IMG/VR virus record: IMGVR_UViG_3300025853_000033
Reading direction: 5' to 3' (one strand)
From: a virus
Length of the DNA: 64,000 nucleotides
Each line of letters opens with the position of its first letter. Position 1 is the stretch's first letter. Below the pieces are notes generated by a model, which saw only the letters and a list, made by a program, of their open reading frames with translations, was not told the DNA's origin and made no database searches. A program made the position numbers and the translations under genes. Below, one piece after another: positions 54,140 to 62,917 of the stretch.

Positions 54140-55780
54140 TCAAATAGGGGATTTAAACAACTGTTTGGTTTGATAAAACCACAGATAATCTAAGGTAGAA
54201 TTTCTTAGAGTATCAAAAGCCTGATCAGGAGATTCTACTAAAGGTTCCCCTGAAAGATTTAGACTTGTATTCAGTAGTATACCATGACCTGACAATTTTT
54301 TAAACTCTTGTAAAATATCATAAAGATGACCACCACTAACAGTTTGAACTCTACATGTTTTATCGACATGAGTTACGCCAGGAATCAAATTAGTTTTTAC
54401 AGGAAAACAAACTGTCATAAATTCATTATCAAATATATCATCAAAGTATTTGCTAGCATCTTCTTTTAAAACTATAGCAGCAAAAGGTCTATACCACTCT
54501 CTCTTTTTTATTGCATTAACTATATCTTTAGCATTTGGATTAAGTGCATTGAAGAGAATTGACCTATTACCCAATGCTCTTTGTCCAGATTCAGATATTC
54601 CCCCGTAAATACCTACAGATTTATTTTCAAATAGAAGTCTAGATATATCTTTTGAATTAGCTACTTGATCAGAATTATATTTTGACAGGTCGTGATTAAA
54701 TCCATGATTAAAAGTATCTTTTATTTTGAGTATGGTTTTATCTTTTGATATTCTTCGATAAAAATACATGGATGAACCAACTGCCAAACCACTATCATCA
54801 CACAGTGGTTCAAAATAAAATTCTACATCTGGATATCTTTTTACCAATTCATAATTGGTCACTATATTCATTGCATATCCACCACTCAAACAAACTTTTT
54901 TTATGTTTGTCTTTTTAATAGCATCACCAATTATTTTACAAACATAGTCAGTAGTCTGAATTTGAACTTCATAACAATAATCAGATATCTTTTTATAGTT
55001 TGACTCTGTAATATTTGGAGTATCAAGTCTCTCAGTCCTAAACTCAAGATAATCTACAAATTTACTTTCTTCAGAAAAATAATCCATTATAAGTTCTCTT
55101 CCTTTTATTCCCAGAAGATCAAAACTCTTATCTATGGACTCTCCATATGAGGACAACCCCATTGCTTTACCACAATCGTTTACACTTCCTCCAGAAGCAA
55201 GAGCAGCAGAATTGTATAGGTTTCCAATAGTAATGTAATTGGTTATAGAAGAAATATTATAAGTACAATCTCCAATTAGTTTTCTTTCTTTTTTATTTTT
55301 TAATCTCAATCCTGTCCAATAATTTTTTAATATGGGTTTAAACTTACATGGATATTCGGCAATATAAACAGATTCGGACTCAAAAGTTTCCTCATCATTA
55401 ATACTAATTGGAGCTCCACTAGCATCAGCAACAAAAACTATTGCTTTTTCAAACCCACTATTATAGAAAGCATTTGAAGCATGATATAAATGATGTTGAT
55501 ATGCATTATATGTAATTTGCTTAGATCCGTAAAGTAAAGACCTCAATATCTCTAAGTCTTGATGGCACATGTTCTCAATGTGCTCATTTATACTAAAATT
55601 AAAGTAATCAATATCTCCAATAAGATTATAATTATCAACCAAAATCTTTATAAGATTTTTGATACTTTCATCCTTTTTTATTCTAGAATACCTTTCTTCT
55701 TTAAAATAATATTCTATATTACCATCATTTAATATAGTAGCAGATGCATCATGTCCACTTCGAAGACAAAGAATTCTCAT
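54140..55780 (-). CDS. Carbamoyltransferase (NodU/CmcH family)
   Basis: GHDAS...KEER.SR.K, HH..HA..AFY.SGF, GK.MGLS.YG, SGG.AMN, E.G.RALGNRS, K.REWYRPFA, LLNTSLN..GEP.VE. Confidence 0.92.
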   Translation of the reverse strand: MRILCLRSGHDASATILNDGNIEYYFKEERYSRIKKDESIKNLIKILVDNYNLIGDIDYFNFSINEHIENMCHQDLEILRSLLYGSKQITYNAYQHHLYHASNAFYNSGFEKAIVFVADASGAPISINDEETFESESVYIAEYPCKFKPILKNYWTGLRLKNKKERKLIGDCTYNISSITNYITIGNLYNSAALASGGSVNDCGKAMGLSSYGESIDKSFDLLGIKGRELIMDYFSEESKFVDYLEFRTERLDTPNITESNYKKISDYCYEVQIQTTDYVCKIIGDAIKKTNIKKVCLSGGYAMNIVTNYELVKRYPDVEFYFEPLCDDSGLAVGSSMYFYRRISKDKTILKIKDTFNHGFNHDLSKYNSDQVANSKDISRLLFENKSVGIYGGISESGQRALGNRSILFNALNPNAKDIVNAIKKREWYRPFAAIVLKEDASKYFDDIFDNEFMTVCFPVKTNLIPGVTHVDKTCRVQTVSGGHLYDILQEFKKLSGHGILLNTSLNLSGEPLVESPDQAFDTLRNSTLDYLWFYQTKQLFKSPI

Positions 55781-56013
55781 AAAATATTATTTTCTTTTAA
55801 ATATGAGATAGTATCAATACATCCACCAATATATTTTCCATCAGCAATAATTTGTGGGAAAGTAGATCCCATACCAAATTTTTCATAAAACTCTTCCCTA
55901 TCAAAATCAACATCTAATTTATAAACTTGATGTTGAACTTCTAATCTTTCAAGAACGTATTTAATTTTTGTACAATAAGGACAATTGTCTTTCGTATAAA
56001 CAATAAAATTCAT
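55777..56013 (-). CDS. grx: Glutaredoxin
   Basis: CPYC, TFPQI, IGG. Confidence 0.92.
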   Translation of the reverse strand: MNFIVYTKDNCPYCTKIKYVLERLEVQHQVYKLDVDFDREEFYEKFGMGSTFPQIIADGKYIGGCIDTISYLKENNIL

Positions 56014-56025
56014 AGTTCAATAATC

Positions 56026-56382
56026 TCAATTAACTAGTTCTAAATCCCCTACATTGTAGTAAGTACCGCTCTTATTATTTCTTAAGAACTTAAATGCAAC
56101 TCCTATTGGTTTAATATTTTCTGGATATGGTAGAGACTTATCTTCAACATAATAAGTGTCTTCTTTGCGGAACACAAAAGAAGTAATCTCTACATGTTTA
56201 TTACTTCTTTTTGTACCATCATTTAAATTATAAACCTCACCTATTGTTATTGTTTTATATTTTACTTGTCCTGGTTTTGGACTATATGAAAACAAATAGC
56301 TGGGACGAGTGGAAGATAACTCCCTAAGATCAAACTCTTGGCATTGCTCAAGTGTTGGTTTCCTTTCTTCTTTTTGTGGCAT
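56026..56382 (-). CDS. Hypothetical protein
   Basis: ORF track; late promoter upstream. Confidence 0.55.
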   Translation of the reverse strand: MPQKEERKPTLEQCQEFDLRELSSTRPSYLFSYSPKPGQVKYKTITIGEVYNLNDGTKRSNKHVEITSFVFRKEDTYYVEDKSLPYPENIKPIGVAFKFLRNNKSGTYYNVGDLELVN

Positions 56383-56405
56383 TTTATGATCCTAAGGTTT
56401 AATTA

Positions 56406-56413
56406 TATTTATA
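56406..56413 (-). promoter_or_regulatory. T4 late promoter TATAAATA
   Basis: Exact consensus 24 nt upstream of the ORF starting at 56382. Confidence 0.75.
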
Positions 56414-56417
56414 AAAT

Positions 56418-56684
56418 TTAAGGCCAAAAAGGAAGAGGTTTATCTTCAGACTCTACTAATTCAAGGTGTTTTTTTAAATCATTTGTATAGTTTGATTGTG
56501 GTACAACATGATTAGTAGGAAGCTCTTTATTATTAAGAGCTTCTACAGTAACAGTTTCTTTCCACTGCAAACGGTTTGTTTTGTATGTTCCTTGACGACT
56601 ATTTGCTAAGAACTTAGCGTCTCTTTCATTACCACAATCTGCAATTTTTTTACCACTAGAATCATATACAGTATAATAAATCAC
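56418..56684 (-). CDS. Conserved cyanophage hypothetical protein
   Basis: YTVYDSSGKKIADCGNERDA; overlap with the talC stop. Confidence 0.65.
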   Translation of the reverse strand: MIYYTVYDSSGKKIADCGNERDAKFLANSRQGTYKTNRLQWKETVTVEALNNKELPTNHVVPQSNYTNDLKKHLELVESEDKPLPFWP

Positions 56685-57376
56685 ACATCTACCTCAGTGT
56701 CTTTAACAACAGAATTAGTAGCAACCTTCCAATCAATATTAAATTGATCAAGTCCTTTATCAGTCATTACATTTTTATACATTGCCCAGAATACTTTTGG
56801 AGGAATAGTTACTACATCTGCTCCATTGATTGCACACTGTTCAACCTGTCGAACATCACGAACAGATGCTCCAAGGATATATGGGATATGATAGTTGTAG
56901 TGAGTAGGAGATTGATCATACACTTTACGAATCCTTGCAATAAGATCTAATCCATCAACAGAGTTGTCTTCCCACCTTCCAACAAAAGGAGAGATGAAAG
57001 TAGCGCCAGCTTTAGCAGCAAGGATTGCTTGAGCAACAGAAAATACTAATGTAACATTAGTTTGGACATCTTTCTTGTACAATTCCTTACATGCTTTAAG
57101 TCCTTCTACTGTACATGGAAGTTTGATAGTCATTGATGGAGAAATATCAATGTAATATTGTGCCTGTTGAAGCATCTCTTCTGCAGTATCAGCAACAACT
57201 TCACAAGAAATACTATCAAGTTCTGGGCATTGTGTATTAAGAAGAATAGCAACTGATTGAAGAGTGTTACCACTCTTCATGATAAGTGTCGGGTTTGTAG
57301 TTACACCATCAATTAAACCAGTATCATATGCTTTGATAATTTCAGGAATCTCTGCAGTATCGATAAAAATTTTCAT
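56681..57376 (-). CDS. talC: Transaldolase (TalC / MipB family)
   Basis: MKIFIDTAE, GVTTNPTL, IKLP, TNVTLVFS, FISPFVGR, ASVR, GADVVTIPP. Start moved to 57376. Confidence 0.95.
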   Translation of the reverse strand: MKIFIDTAEIPEIIKAYDTGLIDGVTTNPTLIMKSGNTLQSVAILLNTQCPELDSISCEVVADTAEEMLQQAQYYIDISPSMTIKLPCTVEGLKACKELYKKDVQTNVTLVFSVAQAILAAKAGATFISPFVGRWEDNSVDGLDLIARIRKVYDQSPTHYNYHIPYILGASVRDVRQVEQCAINGADVVTIPPKVFWAMYKNVMTDKGLDQFNIDWKVATNSVVKDTEVDV

Positions 57377-57382
57377 AAAAAA

Positions 57383-57429
57383 GAGGATCTCTCGATCCTC
57401 AGTATAACACATAAATTTACAATTGACAA
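57383..57429 (-). promoter_or_regulatory. Promoter abutting a terminator-like hairpin upstream of talC
   Basis: TTGTCA, 17 bp, TG-T-TATACT, then GAGGATC-GAGA-GATCCTC-TTTTTT-ATG. Confidence 0.65.
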
Positions 57430-58320
57430 TTATATTGTTGCCCTAATACGAGCATAATCAAATACTTTTTTAGGAACATTAATATCTAACGCTGCCTCAA
57501 ACCCCTTAAATCCAGGTGCGGAGTTTGCTTCACAGATTCGGTATCCGTCAGGATGAAATAATAAATCGACACCAGCAATATCAAGATCGAGAACTTTTGC
57601 AACTTGAATGCTAAGCATTTCCATTTCGTCGTCAACATCGTATGCTTCCCCTTGACCTCCACGGGAAATATTGGCTTTAAATGAACCATCGACAGAGGTA
57701 CGTTGCATAGCACCAACTACCCTGCCACCAATAACAATAACCCTAAGATCTCTTCCCTCAGAGTATTGAATATACTCTTGAACAATCATAGAATTTTTAA
57801 AGTCCAATGAAGAAATGAGTTCCGAAAGGTCTTCAAACTGCTTGGCGTTCTCACACAAATATACACCAGCACCATGAGATCCAGTTACTACCTTAATCAC
57901 ACAGGGAAACCCTACTTGTTTTTCAACTAACTCCGCTTTACATGGAAAACGAGTAAGCATCGTCTTTGGGATAGGAAGTCCTGCCTGAGCCAGAATCTGG
58001 TTGGCATACATCTTATCCTTTGATGCTTCAATAGCAGCAGAGTTTGGGAGGGTAGGTACGTTTAGTCTTTCAAACTGTCTGAGAACAGACAAGTTAAAAT
58101 AACCAGTACCACTCCCAGTCCTAGCAAGTAGAGTATCTGGGAGAGCAACAATATCATTACGATATCGAATGGATTTGCGATCATCTCTGGAAACAATCAA
58201 GTCGATTTCATCAGCAAATGCTACTGTGAAATCTATACCATATTTATCTGCTTCTTCGATAAAACGTTCTCGTTCATATGTTTCTGTTGTCAAACGATTA
58301 CCAAGCATCCAGAGTTTCAT
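57430..58320 (-). CDS. RimK-family ATP-grasp ligase
   Basis: ASKDK...IPKT...VIK...GSHGAGV...IVQEYI...DLRVIVIGG...FKANISRGG...AGVDLL...CEANSAPGF. Confidence 0.9.
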   Translation of the reverse strand: MKLWMLGNRLTTETYERERFIEEADKYGIDFTVAFADEIDLIVSRDDRKSIRYRNDIVALPDTLLARTGSGTGYFNLSVLRQFERLNVPTLPNSAAIEASKDKMYANQILAQAGLPIPKTMLTRFPCKAELVEKQVGFPCVIKVVTGSHGAGVYLCENAKQFEDLSELISSLDFKNSMIVQEYIQYSEGRDLRVIVIGGRVVGAMQRTSVDGSFKANISRGGQGEAYDVDDEMEMLSIQVAKVLDLDIAGVDLLFHPDGYRICEANSAPGFKGFEAALDINVPKKVFDYARIRATI

Positions 58321-58327
58321 ACAAAAA

Positions 58328-58376
58328 AAGAGGGTCTTAACCCTCTTAGTATATCAGACATAAATCATTCCTGCAA
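58328..58376 (-). promoter_or_regulatory. Promoter abutting a terminator-like hairpin upstream of the rimK-like gene
   Basis: TTGCAG, 17 bp, TATACT, then AAGAGGG-TTAAGA-CCCTCTT-TTTTTGT-ATG. Confidence 0.6.
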
Positions 58377-58446
58377 CCATGATTCCAAAAGCAAAGATGG
58401 TGAAGAGCATGATGCCAATAAGCAACCACCAACACCATCTTGGCAT
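58354..58446 (-). CDS. 30-aa membrane peptide downstream of psbD
   Basis: Hand translation MPRWCWWLLIGIMLFTIFAFGIMVAGMIYV; an alternative GTG start lies at 58467. Confidence 0.5.
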   Translation of the reverse strand: MPRWCWWLLIGIMLFTIFAFGIMVAGMIYV

Positions 58447-58450
58447 AGGT

Positions 58451-59512
58451 TCATAGCGCGTTGCCACGAGGGAGAACTTCCTCTGGAAAAACAAAGTTTT
58501 CGTGTGGTTGGTCTACTGGTGCCATCCAGGCACGAAGTCCTTCATTCAATAGAATGTTCTTTGTGTAGAAGGTCTCAAACTCTGGATCTTCTGCTGCTCG
58601 AACCTCTTGCGATACAAAATCATACGCACGCAAATTAAGTGCCAAACCAATAATACCAATAGAAGAGACCCAAAGACCCATAACTGGAACAAAAAGCATA
58701 AAGAAATGCAACCAGCGTTTATTGCTGAACGCAATACCAAAGATTTGAGACCAGAACCTATTGGCAGTAACCATAGAATAAGTTTCTTCTTCTTGTGTGG
58801 TATCAAATGCTTTAAATGTATTTGATTGTTCACCATCTTGATACAGAGTATTCTCTACTGTCACTCCATGAATTGCTGAGAGAAGTGCTCCACCCAGTAT
58901 ACCCGCTACACCCATCATGTGGAAGGGGTTGAGCGTCCAGTTGTGGAAACCTTGGAGGAATAGGAGGAATCTAAATATCGCTGCAACACCAAACGACGGC
59001 GCAAAGAACCAACTGGACTGTCCGAGAGGATACAAGAGAAAGACAGACACAAAGACAGCAATGGGACCAGAAAACGCGATTGCATTGTACGGACGGATAC
59101 CTACTAGACGTGCGATTTCAAATTGCCTGAGCATAAAACCTATAAGGGCAAAGGCTCCGTGGAGCGCCACAAAATTCCAGAGTCCCCCAAGTTGGAACCA
59201 GCGGATGATATCTCCTTGAGACTCAGGACCCCAAAGTAGAAGAAGAGAATGACCCATAGCATCAGCAGGAGTTGACACAGCTGCCGTGAGGAAATTAGCA
59301 CCCTCAAGATAACTAGACGCCAGTCCGTGGGTATACCAGCTCGTAACAAACGTTGTGCCAGTAAGCCAGCCACCAATTGCCAAATAAGCAGTGGGAAAAA
59401 GTAATAGTCCAGACCAACCCACAAATACAAAGCGGTCTCGTTTAAGCCAGTCATCCAAGACATCGAACCATCCTCTCTGTGAAATGGGTGGGGAAAGTGT
59501 TGAAGTAGTCAT
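58451..59512 (-). CDS. psbD: Photosystem II reaction centre protein D2
   Basis: [23 protein letters not shown]...[17 protein letters not shown]...[10 protein letters not shown]; uninterrupted; SD AAGGAG. Confidence 0.99.
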   Translation of the reverse strand: MTTSTLSPPISQRGWFDVLDDWLKRDRFVFVGWSGLLLFPTAYLAIGGWLTGTTFVTSWYTHGLASSYLEGANFLTAAVSTPADAMGHSLLLLWGPESQGDIIRWFQLGGLWNFVALHGAFALIGFMLRQFEIARLVGIRPYNAIAFSGPIAVFVSVFLLYPLGQSSWFFAPSFGVAAIFRFLLFLQGFHNWTLNPFHMMGVAGILGGALLSAIHGVTVENTLYQDGEQSNTFKAFDTTQEEETYSMVTANRFWSQIFGIAFSNKRWLHFFMLFVPVMGLWVSSIGIIGLALNLRAYDFVSQEVRAAEDPEFETFYTKNILLNEGLRAWMAPVDQPHENFVFPEEVLPRGNAL

Positions 59513-59538
59513 AACTCCTTTGTTAACTTCTCATATTT

Positions 59539-59567
59539 AGTTTACAATACTTTACAAAAGAAGTCAA
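59539..59567 (-). promoter_or_regulatory. psbD promoter with overlapping HLR1-type direct repeat
   Basis: TTGACT, 17 bp, TAAACT. Plus strand TTTACAAT-AC-TTTACAAA at 59541-59558. CTAAATA late-like motif at 59534-59540. Confidence 0.8.
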
Positions 59568-59576
59568 TAGAGAAAT

Positions 59577-60044
59577 CTAAATTATTTTTGCGTATCTAAG
59601 AACAAGACTGTCATAATCAATTTGATTTGGAATAAACCCACATAGATCTTTTTTAACAAAGATATTAAATTTTTTAGATGTGTATTTTGCACCATCAGGT
59701 TTATCTATTATACACTGACCATAATGAAGTCCACAATAAACAACATCTTTTAAATCATTTTTGATCATATATCTCAAAAATTTATTGTGATCATTCTCAA
59801 AATTAATATATTCATTAAAGTATGGATGCAAGTAAACTTTTTTAAATATGTTAAGGTCTTTATCATTTACAAAAAGAGGACAAGAAACACAAACATGATT
59901 TAAATTTTTAAGATAATTTTTTATTTTTTCAAAAACTAATAAATTTCTTTGGTCTAGATCTGGATATTGAATAAGATCACTTTTGTATGGAGTCTTTATC
60001 CAAGGATCCATTATTATCCAAAGAGCATTTTTTTCTAGACTCAT
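59577..60044 (-). CDS. Cysteine-hydrolase / isochorismatase-like protein
   Basis: LWIIMDPW...VVYCGLHYGQCI...DLC. Start moved to MSLEK. Confidence 0.45.
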   Translation of the reverse strand: MSLEKNALWIIMDPWIKTPYKSDLIQYPDLDQRNLLVFEKIKNYLKNLNHVCVSCPLFVNDKDLNIFKKVYLHPYFNEYINFENDHNKFLRYMIKNDLKDVVYCGLHYGQCIIDKPDGAKYTSKKFNIFVKKDLCGFIPNQIDYDSLVLRYAKII

Positions 60045-60123
60045 CTTTAGAAAATTTAAAAAGTTGTGGCCAAGTATCTTGAATAATCTCAGCAAGTTTA
60101 TATGGTGTTTGTGAAGTAATCAA
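59977..60123 (-). CDS. Conserved cyanophage peptide (TTG start, 48 aa)
   Basis: ITSQTPYKLAEIIQDTWPQL; its start overlaps the ndhP stop. Confidence 0.5.
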   Translation of the reverse strand: MITSQTPYKLAEIIQDTWPQLFKFSKDESRKKCSLDNNGSLDKDSIQK

Positions 60124-60248
60124 TGTGCTGTACCATTCCCATCGTAATCATCACTATCATAATATACAGTCTCTCCTTTGTAAAATCCAAAGAAGAGAGT
60201 TGTAAGTACAAATGGAATGCAAACCCAGAAGAGTATATTACCGAACAT
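60120..60248 (-). CDS. ndhP: NdhP-like NDH-1 small subunit (42 aa, below track cutoff)
   Basis: MFGNILFWVCIPFVLTTLFFGFYKGETVYYDSDDYDGNGTAH: one TM helix plus the C-terminal YD.D.Y.GNG.AH signature; SD GGAGG. Confidence 0.8.
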   Translation of the reverse strand: MFGNILFWVCIPFVLTTLFFGFYKGETVYYDSDDYDGNGTAH

Positions 60249-61272
60249 CGTGTCCTCCAAACATTGCTCTCATACCATTCAAGACTTTATTTGCAAATCT
60301 TCCAAGTTGTCTTGATCCGAATCGTTCATATAATGCACTGCTAATGACAGGAGCGGGAACACCGAGATCCACAGCAGCGTGAACAGTCCAACGACCCTCA
60401 CCACTATCGCTAACTCCCCCATCGAACTCGCTAAGCTCTCTATCGCGGCGTAATACAGTAGCGGTAAGATCAAGTAACCAAGACCCAACCACAGAACCAC
60501 GACGCCACAACTCAGCCACCTCAGCAACATTAATATCGTAGCAGTAGTCTTTTGGATTATCCATTGGAGCGACTTCTGCGTCTCCTGCTTTGACATACTT
60601 TGCTCCCGCATTTGCTTCATGTAGGATATTAAACCCTTCTGCGTATGCTTGCATGATTCCATACTCAACACCATTGTGAACCATCTTCACAAAGTGCCCA
60701 GCACCAGGACCACCACAGTGCAACCAACCTAACTCAGACTGCCTAACATAGTCGCCAGGTTGTGTACGTTCGGCGGCATCAATTCCTGGGGCGAGGGCGT
60801 TAAAAATGGGACTACAAGTGGCGACCGCAGTATCTCCGCCACCAACCATAAGACAGTATCCACGCTCCAGACCGTAAACACCACCACTAGTGCCACAGTC
60901 AATATACGCGATGCCAAGTTTTGCAAGGCGCTCTGCTCTTTTCCGACTGTCCTTAAAATTGCTATTGCCATGATCAATAATAATATCGCCTTCACGACAA
61001 TATCGTAGTAACTCATTGATCGTCTCCTCTACTGTTTCTGCTGGTACAACCATCATGAAGACTCCTGGTTTTTTATCAGAAGTTTTAGATCTATGAATTA
61101 CTTGAACAAGGCTTTCAATAGAAGTGGTACATCCACTAATATAACCCGCTTCATATTGTTTATTAGCTTTTTCATAATTGTTTCTATAACCCCATACTTC
61201 GTGTCCGTTTGCAATAAGACGGCGGGACATACCTTCACCCATCCGTCCAAGTCCAATCATTCCGACTTTCAT
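60238..61272 (-). CDS. gnd: 6-phosphogluconate dehydrogenase (short form)
   Basis: IGLGRMG, IIDHGNS, DCGTSGG, GAGHFVKMVHNGVEYG, DSGEGRW. Confidence 0.96.
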   Translation of the reverse strand: MKVGMIGLGRMGEGMSRRLIANGHEVWGYRNNYEKANKQYEAGYISGCTTSIESLVQVIHRSKTSDKKPGVFMMVVPAETVEETINELLRYCREGDIIIDHGNSNFKDSRKRAERLAKLGIAYIDCGTSGGVYGLERGYCLMVGGGDTAVATCSPIFNALAPGIDAAERTQPGDYVRQSELGWLHCGGPGAGHFVKMVHNGVEYGIMQAYAEGFNILHEANAGAKYVKAGDAEVAPMDNPKDYCYDINVAEVAELWRRGSVVGSWLLDLTATVLRRDRELSEFDGGVSDSGEGRWTVHAAVDLGVPAPVISSALYERFGSRQLGRFANKVLNGMRAMFGGHDVR

Positions 61273-61280
61273 AAATCCTC

Positions 61281-62615
61281 CTACTTAAGTTTTATTGGGT
61301 AATCCCATTTAGTAATGCGATCAACTTTATATCCTGGTCCCCAAAGACCACTATGGTATATGTAAGGCACTGTTCTTATAGGACAACTATCACCCTTACA
61401 CAAAAGATCATCGACTATTCTCCAAGACTCCAACACTTCCTCAGAATGTACAAAGTGAGATTGATCTTTATAAATTGCATCATAAAGAAGTTTTTCATAT
61501 CCATCAACAGATTTTTCAAGTGGATAATGATACTGCAATATTGCTGGTTCAACACGATCATTGAGACCAGGAGCTTTAATATCAATTCTCATATCCAAAT
61601 GAGGATCTGGTTGCAATCTCATAACAATACGATCATTACAATCGTGACCTTCAAATAATGTTTGTGGTGGTGACTTGAATTTAATAACTACTTCAACACA
61701 GTCAACAGGCATTTTTTTACCTGTCATAAAATGAAATGGAACTCCTTCCCATCTCCAGTTATCAATATAAAGATCACCAGCAACAAATGTAGGAGTATTA
61801 CTTTCTGGATCAACTCCCTCCTCATCTTTATATCCTATGTACTGTCCACACACTAACCTCTCACCCAATCTAGTTGCAGCAAGAACTTTAGTTTTTTCTC
61901 TACGTATTTCTCTTGCATCAATTTTACATGGAGGTTCCATAGCAATCAATGCAAGAACCTGTAGCAAATGATTTTGAAGCATGTCACGAACTGCTCCAGC
62001 AGTCTCATAGTATTGTGAGCGTCCTTCACATCCCAGAGTCTCTGTAGCAAAGATCTGAACTTCTTCTATGTACTGCCTGTTCCAAAGTGGTTCCAGTAGA
62101 ATATTGCTAAAGCGGGTGGCAAGGATATTATTAACAGTATCTTTGCCGAGATAATGGTCAATGCGATAGACTTGTTTCTCGCGTAAATGTCCAGCCACCA
62201 CAGATTGTAGATGATTAGCAGATTGAAGATCGTACCCAAAGGGTTTTTCAATAACCACACGCGATTTTTCTGGGTCATTTAATTTTCCTGCTGCCTTAAG
62301 GTTTATAATTGCATTATTATATCGTTCTGGTGGAACAGATAAAAAGTAAGTTACATCATATCCTTCGCCTGGCAAATTCTCCAATGTTTGTGCATTATCA
62401 AGGTCAGCAGAAACATAATCAAGATGATACCTAAACTCTTCGGGATAATCTCCTAAACTATTCTTCCAGTCTTTTGGTGAAGGTGATCTTCTTGCACAAC
62501 CAGTTATTAAAAAATTTGAAGGAAGTAGATTTTTTTGCCACAACTTGTATAGTGACGGTATCAATTTTCTTTTGCAGAGGTCTCCTGTTGCACCAAATAT
62601 TACTATGGCTTCCAT
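61281..62615 (-). CDS. zwf: Glucose-6-phosphate 1-dehydrogenase
   Basis: IFGATGDL, EKPFG, YRIDHYLGK, RDMLQNH, RWEGVPF..TGK. Start moved to MEAIV at 62615. Confidence 0.96.
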   Translation of the reverse strand: MEAIVIFGATGDLCKRKLIPSLYKLWQKNLLPSNFLITGCARRSPSPKDWKNSLGDYPEEFRYHLDYVSADLDNAQTLENLPGEGYDVTYFLSVPPERYNNAIINLKAAGKLNDPEKSRVVIEKPFGYDLQSANHLQSVVAGHLREKQVYRIDHYLGKDTVNNILATRFSNILLEPLWNRQYIEEVQIFATETLGCEGRSQYYETAGAVRDMLQNHLLQVLALIAMEPPCKIDAREIRREKTKVLAATRLGERLVCGQYIGYKDEEGVDPESNTPTFVAGDLYIDNWRWEGVPFHFMTGKKMPVDCVEVVIKFKSPPQTLFEGHDCNDRIVMRLQPDPHLDMRIDIKAPGLNDRVEPAILQYHYPLEKSVDGYEKLLYDAIYKDQSHFVHSEEVLESWRIVDDLLCKGDSCPIRTVPYIYHSGLWGPGYKVDRITKWDYPIKLK

Positions 62616-62782
62616 TATACTTTCTCCTTGCAATGAGGACAAATCCATCCTTCGTCTGATAGTAGTAGTGCGGAGTGAAATGCTCCAGGTTCACAGAAGG
62701 GTCTGACAGCTTCACCTATTTCGGCGCTAACTAAACTCTTCGAACACTTTGGACAATTCCTCAGGGTTAATTTCTCGTTCAT
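62615..62782 (-). CDS. 55-aa zinc-ribbon-like protein (below track cutoff)
   Basis: Hand translation MNEKLTLRNCPKCSKSL...WICPHCKEKV; two CxxC motifs; TAATG coupling to zwf. Confidence 0.65.
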   Translation of the reverse strand: MNEKLTLRNCPKCSKSLVSAEIGEAVRPFCEPGAFHSALLLSDEGWICPHCKEKV

Positions 62783-62917
62783 TTATGGATTGTGATTCTT
62801 AGAATCTTTAATCTTATTATATCCCCAGACCGCTAGGGTGCCGATACCTAGACCAGCAATACAGCAAAGAAACATATGAATAAGGTGTTCGTAAGTTGAG
62901 TGATCTGCGTGATTCAT
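62783..62917 (-). CDS. 44-aa membrane peptide
   Basis: MNHADHSTYEHLIHMFLCCIAGLGIGTLAVWGYNKIK; TAATG coupling to petE. Confidence 0.6.
   Translation of the reverse strand: MNHADHSTYEHLIHMFLCCIAGLGIGTLAVWGYNKIKDSKNHNP

Noticed and set aside
57416-57429. Second HLR1 site at the talC promoter (TTTACAA-TTGACAA)
   Set aside because: The repeat period is 7 bp, not the 10 bp required for HLR1.
58451-59512. Intron or homing endonuclease in psbD (or in thyX)
   Set aside because: Both reading frames are continuous and of normal length.
62783-62917. Small membrane peptides as hli (high-light-inducible) genes
   Set aside because: None has the ExxNGRxAMxG chlorophyll-binding motif.
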